A stretch of 36,449 bases of DNA from Pseudolabrys sp. (GTDB taxonomy: Bacteria; Pseudomonadota; Alphaproteobacteria; Rhizobiales; Xanthobacteraceae), in the NCBI GenBank assembly GCA_036559505.1, contig DATBTA010000306.1, positions 1-36,449 on the forward strand, written 5' to 3'. Shown in pieces: positions 19,156 through 26,905 of this stretch. Position 1 is the stretch's first letter; every line of letters begins with the position of its first letter. Both the position numbers and the translations under genes were made by a program. The notes under the pieces are model-generated. The model was not told the DNA's origin. It made no database searches and saw nothing but the letters and a program-made list of their open reading frames with translations.

Positions 19156-20508
19156 CTAAAAGTATCGCCACCAAACATAGACGTGGCAGATCGCAACTGA
19201 CACCACCATCATCGGGAATGCGTAGAGAGTGTAAGTGATAAAACGGAACGGCACACCGTTGCGGTCGCCGATGCCGGCGACTGTGAGGTTGGCGGAGGCG
19301 CCAATCAGCGTACCGTTACCACCGAGACAGGCACCGAGCGAGAGGCACCACCACAGCGGTTCGATCTTGTCCGCGCCGCCATAAGCGGGAGCCATGCTTT
19401 TAATCAGCGGAATCATCGTAGCCACAAACGGGATATTGTCGACAATTGCCGACAAAACGGCAGATGCCCACAAGATCGCGTACCCCGCGTGCGCCATATT
19501 GCCGCCCGTCGCCGCGACCAGCTTATTGGCAAGCAAAACGAGCAGACCACCAACATCGACGCCGTGCACTACGATGAAGAGGCCTACGAAAAAGAAGATC
19601 GTAATCCATTCGACATCGCCGAACGTCTGGTGAATGTTTTTCGCCGCCTTCTCGGAATGGTGCGCCCAGTTATCGAGCAGCATCAGGACGGCCGCGCCGA
19701 ATATGGCGATCGTAGCGGGCTCGAGATGCAATGGCCGCGCAAGAACGAAAGCGACCATGACGATAGAGAGCACGACGAGCGACTGTTTGAGCAGCAACCA
19801 GTCCTCGATTGTGTCTTCCGGCTTCATCTTCATGACACGAGCTTCTGCCGTCGCTGAAGCTTTAAGATCCTTGCCCCAAAGGAAATGAATGATGACCGCC
19901 TGCACAACCATCACGACGATGATGACCGGCGTCAGGTGGTAGACAAATTCGTTGAAGGACAGTCCTACCTGCGAGCCGATCAGAATGTTGGGCGGATCGC
20001 CAATCAAAGTAGCAGTGCCGCCGATGTTGGAAGCAAAGATTTCCGCAAACAAATACGGATAGGCCGGTACCTTGAGGGTATTGCAGATCGCGAGCGTCAC
20101 CGGAACAATCAAGAGAACCGTCGTGACGTTATCGAGAAAAGCGGAGAGCACTGCGGTCGTAATCTGCAGAATGAACAATATGCCTGCGGGGTGCGCTTTC
20201 GCCGCTTTTGCCGACCAGATCGCCAGATATTGAAACATGCCGGAACGGCGCGAGATCGACACCAGGATCATCATGCCGGTCAGCAGGCCGATCGTATTCC
20301 AATCGACGCCCTTGATGGCCTCTTCCTGATCGAGCACACCGACCAGAATCATAATGCCGGCGCCCACCAGCGCGATGATCGCGCGGTTGACCTTCTCCGA
20401 CATGATGACGGCGTAGGTGATCGCGAGGATGCAGGTCGAAACCCACATCGCGTTCAGGCCAAAATAAACATGAGAAACCGCCTGTGCGGTCATTGCCGAG
20501 CTCCCCAA
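19156..20508 (-). CDS. ArsB/NhaD-family (IT superfamily) ion transporter
   Basis: About 11-12 TM segments, with SAFLDNVTTVL, SNIGGTATLIGDPPN, SAIVDNIPF and GGNGTLIGASAN. Confidence 0.88.
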   Translation of the reverse strand: MGSSAMTAQAVSHVYFGLNAMWVSTCILAITYAVIMSEKVNRAIIALVGAGIMILVGVLDQEEAIKGVDWNTIGLLTGMMILVSISRRSGMFQYLAIWSAKAAKAHPAGILFILQITTAVLSAFLDNVTTVLLIVPVTLAICNTLKVPAYPYLFAEIFASNIGGTATLIGDPPNILIGSQVGLSFNEFVYHLTPVIIVVMVVQAVIIHFLWGKDLKASATAEARVMKMKPEDTIEDWLLLKQSLVVLSIVMVAFVLARPLHLEPATIAIFGAAVLMLLDNWAHHSEKAAKNIHQTFGDVEWITIFFFVGLFIVVHGVDVGGLLVLLANKLVAATGGNMAHAGYAILWASAVLSAIVDNIPFVATMIPLIKSMAPAYGGADKIEPLWWCLSLGACLGGNGTLIGASANLTVAGIGDRNGVPFRFITYTLYAFPMMVVSVAICHVYVWWRYF

Positions 20509-20667
20509 GTCCCGGGCGCCCGGCCGTGACGGCCTTACGCACCCTTCTGTTCCCTTTCACAAAGTCCGGCACCCGTATTGGATAGTCAAGCCGAGCCTTT
20601 CGCGAGCAAGGGTGATACGCGCATAATGCGGCTCCCGCAAAGAGGGTCGCAGAACAGGGAGGACACC

Positions 20668-21150
20668 GTGACTGCCAATCTCCGATTTTCAAATCCGAAC
20701 ACGCTCGCCAAGCCGCCGGGTTATTCTTACGTGGTGGAGGCGACCGGGCCGAACCGCCTGATCTTCATCGCCGGCCAACTCGGGCTCGACATGGAAAACA
20801 GACTTGTGGGCCAGCCGGGAGATTTCCGCGCGCAGGCGAACAAGGCGGTCGAAAATCTCAAGCTCGCGCTTGCGGATGCCGGCGCTACACTCAAAGACGT
20901 CGTAAAAATCAATAACTACCTAGTCGATATGTCGCACATCCCGATTTTCCGCGAGGTGCGCGACGCGCACTTCAACATGTCGGCGCCTCCCGCGAGCACA
21001 ACTGTTGCGATCTCGCAGCTGGCGCGGCCCGGTGCCTTGTTCGAAATCGAGGCGATCGCGGTGCTGCCGGCGAAAGGGGCCACGGCTGCCAAGGCGAAAT
21101 CTTCGGTCCGTCGTGGAGCCGCAAAGGCGCGCCGAAAGAAACGAAAATAG
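20668..21150 (+). CDS. Rid (YjgF/YER057c/UK114) family protein with basic C-terminal tail
   Basis: PPGYSYVV, IFIAGQ, PPASTTV and LFEIEAIA. GTG start follows GGGAGGA. Confidence 0.88.
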   Translation: MTANLRFSNPNTLAKPPGYSYVVEATGPNRLIFIAGQLGLDMENRLVGQPGDFRAQANKAVENLKLALADAGATLKDVVKINNYLVDMSHIPIFREVRDAHFNMSAPPASTTVAISQLARPGALFEIEAIAVLPAKGATAAKAKSSVRRGAAKARRKKRK

Positions 21151-21160
21151 CAGCCGAGTA

Positions 21161-22270
21161 ATGGGCAAAACTCCAGCCGGCCGGCGGCGCGCGAGCGCGA
21201 TGCGCATACCCTGGTGGGCCTGGGCGTGGCCCGCCGGAGCGTGGCTAATTCTGCTGCTGACGCCGTTCCTGCAAGTCCGTGGGTTCGTTGCGGCAATCGC
21301 TGGTGCAGTTTTGATCGCCACGGTTTTTGCGGCCGTGTATCACGCCGAGGTGGTCGCGCATCGCACGGGCGAGCCGTTCGGCACGCTCGTGCTGGCGGTC
21401 GCGGTGACCGTAATTGAGGTTGCGCTGATCGTTTCCGTGATGATTGCGGTGCCGACAGGGAAGGCGGCCCTGGCCCGCGACACCGTGTTCGCTGCAGTCA
21501 TGATCGTGTGCAACGGGATCGTAGGGTTATGCCTGCTGTGGGGTGGTGCCCGTCACCACGAACAGGGATTTCAGGTCCATGGCGCGGGCGCTGCTTTGGC
21601 CGTACTGGCGGCGCTCACGATTCTCACGCTCATCCTGCCGAACGTCGCAACAACCACGCCAGGGCCGTATTTCAGCACGTCGCAGCTCATCTTTGCGGGG
21701 CTCATATCGCTGCTGCTTTATGGCTCTTTCGTATTCGTTCAGACCGTACGCCACCGCGACTATTTCCTTCCACCAAAGGCCGGCGACGACGAAGCGCATG
21801 CGGCGGCGCCTTCCAATGCGACCGCGCTCGTGAGTGCCGCCATCCTGCTCGCGGCGCTCGTCGCCATTGTCGGCTTGGCCAAGGCGCTCACGCCAACAGT
21901 GGAGGTCGGAGTCGCCTCGTTTGGCGCCTCGGAAGCGGTCGTGGGTATTGTGATTGCGACTCTGGTGCTTCTGCCGGAAGGCCTGGCGGCGCTCAGGGCG
22001 GCGCAGGCCAATAGGCTGCAGACCAGCCTCAATCTTGCTTTGGGCTCGGCCCTCGCGAGCATTGGGCTCACGATTCCAGCGGTCGCGGCTGTTTCAATTG
22101 TGCTTCAAAAGCCCCTTGAACTTGGGCTGAATGCCAAGGAGCAGGTGCTTTTGGCGCTGACGCTTCTTGTCGGCGTGATCACGCTGGGCACCGGGCGAAC
22201 CACGGTACTTCAGGGCATCATCCATCTCGTGATATTCGCGGCATTCTTGTTCTTCGCTTTGGTGCCCTAG
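21161..22270 (+). CDS. chaA: Ca2+/H+ antiporter (ChaA-like, CaCA family)
   Basis: HAEVVAHRTGEPFGTLVLAVAVTVIEV and LLPEGLAA...NRLQTSLNLALGS...TIPAV. Start set at ATG 21161. Confidence 0.85.
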   Translation: MGKTPAGRRRASAMRIPWWAWAWPAGAWLILLLTPFLQVRGFVAAIAGAVLIATVFAAVYHAEVVAHRTGEPFGTLVLAVAVTVIEVALIVSVMIAVPTGKAALARDTVFAAVMIVCNGIVGLCLLWGGARHHEQGFQVHGAGAALAVLAALTILTLILPNVATTTPGPYFSTSQLIFAGLISLLLYGSFVFVQTVRHRDYFLPPKAGDDEAHAAAPSNATALVSAAILLAALVAIVGLAKALTPTVEVGVASFGASEAVVGIVIATLVLLPEGLAALRAAQANRLQTSLNLALGSALASIGLTIPAVAAVSIVLQKPLELGLNAKEQVLLALTLLVGVITLGTGRTTVLQGIIHLVIFAAFLFFALVP

Positions 22271-25200
22271 TGCGCTTCTTCCCAGTTGGCGGCGGCGCGG
22301 GCATCGACCTGTAGCGGCACGTGCAGCGCGACCGCCGGATCAGGAGCGCTTTGCATGACGCTCTTGATGACCGGTAGCGTCCGCTCCACTTCGTTGTCCG
22401 GCACCTCGAAGATCAATTCGTCATGAACTTGCAGCAACATCTGCGCCCTGAGCTTGTCTTTCTTGAGCTCGGGCTCGATGCGGATCATCGCACGTCGAAT
22501 GATATCGGCCGCCGATCCCTGCAGGCGGGCATTGATCGCGGCACGTTCGTTGAATGAGCGGATCGACGGATTGCTCGCCTTGATATCGGGGTAGTGGCAT
22601 TTGCGGCCGAACAAGGTCAGCACATAACCGTGCTCGCGGCAGAATTCGCGCGTTTCATCCATGTAGTCGCGGATGCCTGGGAAGCGCTCGAAATACTTCT
22701 TGATGTAGTCGCTTGCTTCTTTCGAGGCGATGCCGAGCTGGGCGGCAAGGCCGAAGGCGGAAATGCCGTAGATGATTCCGAAATTGATCGCTTTCGCACG
22801 TCGGCGCACGTCAGCCGGCATGTCCTTGACCGGTACGCCGAACATTTCCGACGCGGTCATGGCGTGGATGTCGACGCCGTCCTGGAAGGCCTTGCGAAGC
22901 GTCGGCACGTTCGCGACCTCTGACAGAAGCCGAAGCTCGATCTGCGAGTAGTCGGCCGAAACGAGCTTCATTCCCGGCGCGGCGACAAAGGCCCGCCGGA
23001 TCTTGCGGCCGTCTTCGGTGCGAATCGGAATGTTCTGCAGGTTCGGCTCGGATGATGACAACCGTCCGGTTGAAGTCGAAGCGAGCGCGTAGCTCGTGTG
23101 AACGCGATGCGTCTTCGGATTGACGTATTGGGGCAGGGCCTCGGTGTAGGTCGAGCGCAATTTCGAGACCTGGCGCCAGTTCAGGATCACCTGCGGAAGC
23201 TTGTGTCCCTGCTCGGCCAGTTCCTCGAGCGTTCGCGCGCCTGTCGACCATTGACCGGTCTTGGTCTTCGTGCCGCCCGGCAAGCCCATTTGTCCGAAAA
23301 GAATATCGCCGAGCTGTTTCGGACTGCCGGGATTGACCTGCGTTCCGGCGATCTTGTTGATCTCTTGCTCCAGCGCCACTTGCTTTTTGCCGAACTCATT
23401 GGAGAGCAGCGACAGCACACTGGGATCCACCGAGATGCCGCGCTCTTCCATCGAAGCAAGAACTTGCGGCATGGGGCGTTCGAGCGTCTCATAGACGCTG
23501 ACGACTTTGTCCGCGGCCATTCGTGGCTTCAGCGCCTGCCAGAGACGCAGCGTGATATCGGCGTCTTCCGCGGCGTAAGCGGCAGCTCGGGCAATGGGCG
23601 TCGCTTCCGGCGTGAATGACGCTTTGTCCTTACTCTTTACATCAGTGAAGCGCGCGGGGCTGCGGCCGAAATAGCGCGCGACGACGCTGTCGAAATCATG
23701 AGCGCCTTTGCCGGCGTCCATTACGTACGACATCAACATCGTGTCGTCGGTCGCCCCGAGCCGGACGCCGCGGCAGGCCAGCACCAGCCAGTCGCGCTTG
23801 ATATCGTGGCCTACTTTGACGATGTATTCGTCTTCGAGAACCGGCTTGAGTGCATCGAGTGCCTGGCGCTCAGGGATTTGCCCGGCGCAAAGCTTGGCCG
23901 CAAACAGCCCCGACGTTTCGCCCTCGCTGGCTTCGCGGTGACCGAGCGGCATATAGGCCGCTTCGTTTGGCGCGACTGCGATTGCAAGGCCGCAAAGAGC
24001 AGTCTGCATCGGATCGAGGCTGCTGGTCTCGGCCTTGAGCGCCAGCACGCCGGTCTCGTGTGCGCGTGCAATCCAGTGTTGCAGGCGGTCGAGCGTCTCG
24101 ATTGTCTCGTATTTCGTGGCGTTGAGTTTTACCTGCCGCAATGAAGCCAGACGACGCTCCGCCAACGAAATCGGCGTGAGCGCAGCTACGCTCGGCCCCG
24201 AAGTTTTGCGCGGCGTGGAGATATCGAGTGCCAGCTGGCCTTGCCCGGCAGTCCGGCTCGAACGAGCAGGGGCAGCGCTTGGCTTTGCTGCAGGGGTTGA
24301 ATTTGCGCCGGTGGCATCGACCTGGGCCGCGTCAACGCCGCCTTTCTCGGCGACGCGCTGAATCAGCGTCTTGAAGCCCATCGATTTGAGAAATGCAATC
24401 AGTCCTTTGTAGTCCGGCTCGTGCACGCCGAGGCCTTCGATCGGCACATCCAGTGGCACGCGGTCGTCCAGCGTGACAAGTTTCTTGGACATGCGCGCAG
24501 CCTCGGCATTGTCGATGAGGGCCTGACGGCGTTTGTCCTGCTTGATCTCGCCAGCACGCTTGAGCAGTGTTTCGAGATCGCCGTACTCGCCGATCAGCTG
24601 CGCCGCGGTTTTTACACCGATGCCCGGGACGCCGGGCACGTTGTCGGACGCGTCGCCGATCAGCGCCTGAACCTCGATCACCTTGTCCGGCGGCACACCG
24701 AATTTCTCGATGACCTCGGGAATTCCGATGCGCGCATCCTTCATGGTGTCGTACATGATCACGCAGTTGTTCACGAGCTGCATGAGATCCTTGTCCGACG
24801 ATACGACGGTGACGGTCGCGCCGGCTTCGCAAGCCATCCGCGCATAGGTCGCGATCAGGTCGTCGGCTTCGTACCCTCCTTGCTCGAGGCACGGAATCTC
24901 AAAGGCGCGCACGGCGTCGCGAATGAGAGGAAACTGCGGAATGAGGTCATCGGGCGGGGGAGGCCGATGCGCCTTGTACTCCTTGTACATCTCGGTGCGG
25001 AAGGTCTTCTCGGATTTGTCGAAGACGACCGCGAGATGTGTCGGCCGCTCGTCTGGCTTCATTTCCTTGAGCAGCTTCCACAACATGTTGCAGAAGCCAT
25101 AAACCGCATTCACGTGCGTGCCGTCGGGCGTACGCGGCTCGAACCTGATCGCATGATAGGCACGGAAAATGTAGCCGGAGCCATCGACGAGAAAGACGTG

Positions 25201-25302
25201 ATCGCCGTTTTTTACAGGTCGCGCAGTCGGCGAGGTGGCCGTGGATTTTTCCGGCGAAACTTTGGCGGGCTTGGCAGTCTTCGATTTTGCAGGAGCAGGC
25301 AT
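22267..25302 (-). CDS. polA: DNA polymerase I
   Basis: 5'-3' exonuclease motifs (LVDGSGYIFRAYH, EADD, DKD, DNVPGVPGIG) and polymerase motifs (TGRLSSSEPNLQNIP, ADYSQIELR, RRRAKAINFGIIYG, QVHDEL). Confidence 0.98.
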   Translation of the reverse strand: MPAPAKSKTAKPAKVSPEKSTATSPTARPVKNGDHVFLVDGSGYIFRAYHAIRFEPRTPDGTHVNAVYGFCNMLWKLLKEMKPDERPTHLAVVFDKSEKTFRTEMYKEYKAHRPPPPDDLIPQFPLIRDAVRAFEIPCLEQGGYEADDLIATYARMACEAGATVTVVSSDKDLMQLVNNCVIMYDTMKDARIGIPEVIEKFGVPPDKVIEVQALIGDASDNVPGVPGIGVKTAAQLIGEYGDLETLLKRAGEIKQDKRRQALIDNAEAARMSKKLVTLDDRVPLDVPIEGLGVHEPDYKGLIAFLKSMGFKTLIQRVAEKGGVDAAQVDATGANSTPAAKPSAAPARSSRTAGQGQLALDISTPRKTSGPSVAALTPISLAERRLASLRQVKLNATKYETIETLDRLQHWIARAHETGVLALKAETSSLDPMQTALCGLAIAVAPNEAAYMPLGHREASEGETSGLFAAKLCAGQIPERQALDALKPVLEDEYIVKVGHDIKRDWLVLACRGVRLGATDDTMLMSYVMDAGKGAHDFDSVVARYFGRSPARFTDVKSKDKASFTPEATPIARAAAYAAEDADITLRLWQALKPRMAADKVVSVYETLERPMPQVLASMEERGISVDPSVLSLLSNEFGKKQVALEQEINKIAGTQVNPGSPKQLGDILFGQMGLPGGTKTKTGQWSTGARTLEELAEQGHKLPQVILNWRQVSKLRSTYTEALPQYVNPKTHRVHTSYALASTSTGRLSSSEPNLQNIPIRTEDGRKIRRAFVAAPGMKLVSADYSQIELRLLSEVANVPTLRKAFQDGVDIHAMTASEMFGVPVKDMPADVRRRAKAINFGIIYGISAFGLAAQLGIASKEASDYIKKYFERFPGIRDYMDETREFCREHGYVLTLFGRKCHYPDIKASNPSIRSFNERAAINARLQGSAADIIRRAMIRIEPELKKDKLRAQMLLQVHDELIFEVPDNEVERTLPVIKSVMQSAPDPAVALHVPLQVDARAAANWEEAH

Positions 25303-25337
25303 GGCCCGAATGTGGGCCGTTGCACTGTCTTTATCAA
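25303..25337 (-). promoter_or_regulatory. Putative promoter of polA (leaderless-type spacing)
   Basis: The minus strand reads TTGATA-N17-CACATT-N6-ATG, with no SD before the ATG. Confidence 0.45.
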
Positions 25338-25466
25338 TCCGCCTTCAGGGCGGCTGTGGACTTATTCAACGCGATCGCGGCTCTCGCGTCTCGATATCGG
25401 CTCTGCTATGGAGACGCCATCGGCTTCGGCCGTAATAGGTTAACTACGCCGTGGGTGGATTAGTAA

Positions 25467-26777
25467 ATGCGCGTCGCGATGATCGGCACCGGCTATGTCG
25501 GCCTTGTTTCCGGCGCATGTTTCGCCGATTTCGGGCACGAAGTCGTTTGCGTCGATAAGGATAAAGAAAAGATCGCTGCGCTTACGCGCGGTGAGGTCCC
25601 GATTTATGAGCCCGGTCTCAACGAAGTGGTTGCGATCAACGCACGCGCGGGCCGTCTGAAATTCACGACGGAACTCAGCGAAGCGGTGGCCGAAGCCGAT
25701 GCGGTCTTCATTGCGGTCGGTACGCCGTCGCGTCGCGGCGATGGGTTCGCGGATCTTAGTTTTGTCTATGATGCCGCGCGCGAGATCGCGCGCGCCCTCG
25801 ACGGATTTACCGTCGTCATAACAAAGTCGACCGTTCCCGTTGGTACGGGCGACGAGGTCGAGCGCATCATCCGCGAAACCCGGCCCGACGCCGACTGTAC
25901 CGTCGTGTCCAACCCCGAGTTCCTTCGTGAAGGCGCCGCCATCCGCGATTTCAAGCTTCCCGATCGTATCGTCATCGGTACTACCGATACGCGCGCGAGA
26001 GAGTTAATGAGCGAGCTCTACCGACCGCTTTACCTCAATCGTTCGCCAATTCTGTTCACCGGACGCCGCACGGCCGAACTGATCAAGTACGCCGCCAACG
26101 CGTTCCTTGCCACCAAGATCACCTTCATCAACGAAATAGCCGACCTTGCCGAAAAGGTCGGCGCCGACGTGCAGGAAGTCGCGCGCGGCATTGGGCTCGA
26201 CAACCGGATCGGATCAAAATTCCTGCATGCGGGACCGGGCTACGGCGGATCCTGCTTTCCCAAGGATACGGTTGCCCTGATCAAGACGGCGCAGGACTAT
26301 GCGTCGCCGCTTCGGATTGTGGAGGCGGTTGCCGCCGTGAACGACGCGCGCAAACGCGCGATGGCGCGCAAAGTTTCGGCCGCGCTTGATGGGGACGTGC
26401 GCGGAAAAACTGTGGCCGTCCTCGGACTGACATTCAAGCCGAATACCGACGACATGCGCGAGGCGCCCTCGATTCCGCTTATCACGGCGTTGCAGGACAT
26501 GGGCGCCAAAGTGCGTGCCTACGATCCGGTCGGCATGGAGCAAGCCAAGAGCGTGATCAGCAATGTCACCTTTTGCGATGACGCCTATTCCTGCGCCAAG
26601 GGTGCCGCTGCGCTCGTGATTGTCACCGAATGGGAGCAATTCCGCGCGCTCGATTTCGGCCGGCTAAAAGCGGTTATGGCGCAGCCGGTGCTCGTCGACC
26701 TTCGAAACGTATATCGGCCCGACGAAATGGCCCGCCGTGGCTTCGCTTACGAAGGCATTGGAAGGGCGCGGGACTAG
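25467..26777 (+). CDS. ugd: UDP-glucose 6-dehydrogenase
   Basis: GTGYVG, VGTP, KSTVPVG, SNPEFLREG, GYGGSCFPKD (catalytic Cys) and FKPNTDDMRE. Confidence 0.95.
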   Translation: MRVAMIGTGYVGLVSGACFADFGHEVVCVDKDKEKIAALTRGEVPIYEPGLNEVVAINARAGRLKFTTELSEAVAEADAVFIAVGTPSRRGDGFADLSFVYDAAREIARALDGFTVVITKSTVPVGTGDEVERIIRETRPDADCTVVSNPEFLREGAAIRDFKLPDRIVIGTTDTRARELMSELYRPLYLNRSPILFTGRRTAELIKYAANAFLATKITFINEIADLAEKVGADVQEVARGIGLDNRIGSKFLHAGPGYGGSCFPKDTVALIKTAQDYASPLRIVEAVAAVNDARKRAMARKVSAALDGDVRGKTVAVLGLTFKPNTDDMREAPSIPLITALQDMGAKVRAYDPVGMEQAKSVISNVTFCDDAYSCAKGAAALVIVTEWEQFRALDFGRLKAVMAQPVLVDLRNVYRPDEMARRGFAYEGIGRARD

Positions 26778-26813
26778 CAATGTGGGCAGCCCAGCCGTTC
26801 AATAGAAGTTACC

Positions 26814-26835
26814 GTCCCCCGCGGAGGCGGGGGAC
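26814..26835. repeat. Perfect GC-rich hairpin after ugd (REP-like or RNA-stabilising stem)
   Basis: GTCCCCCGC-GGAG-GCGGGGGAC, a 9-bp stem with a 4-nt loop and no U-tract. Confidence 0.6.
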
Positions 26836-26905
26836 ACGCTAAAACGCCTTCGCTTCGCAATTCACCCGATGTTTGTATTAGTGGGACCATCCGTTTGCGC
26901 GGGCG

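Noticed and set aside
25431-25445. GTTAAC upstream of ugd as a CtrA box
   Set aside because: It is a half-site only, with no second TTAA at 7-bp spacing on either strand.
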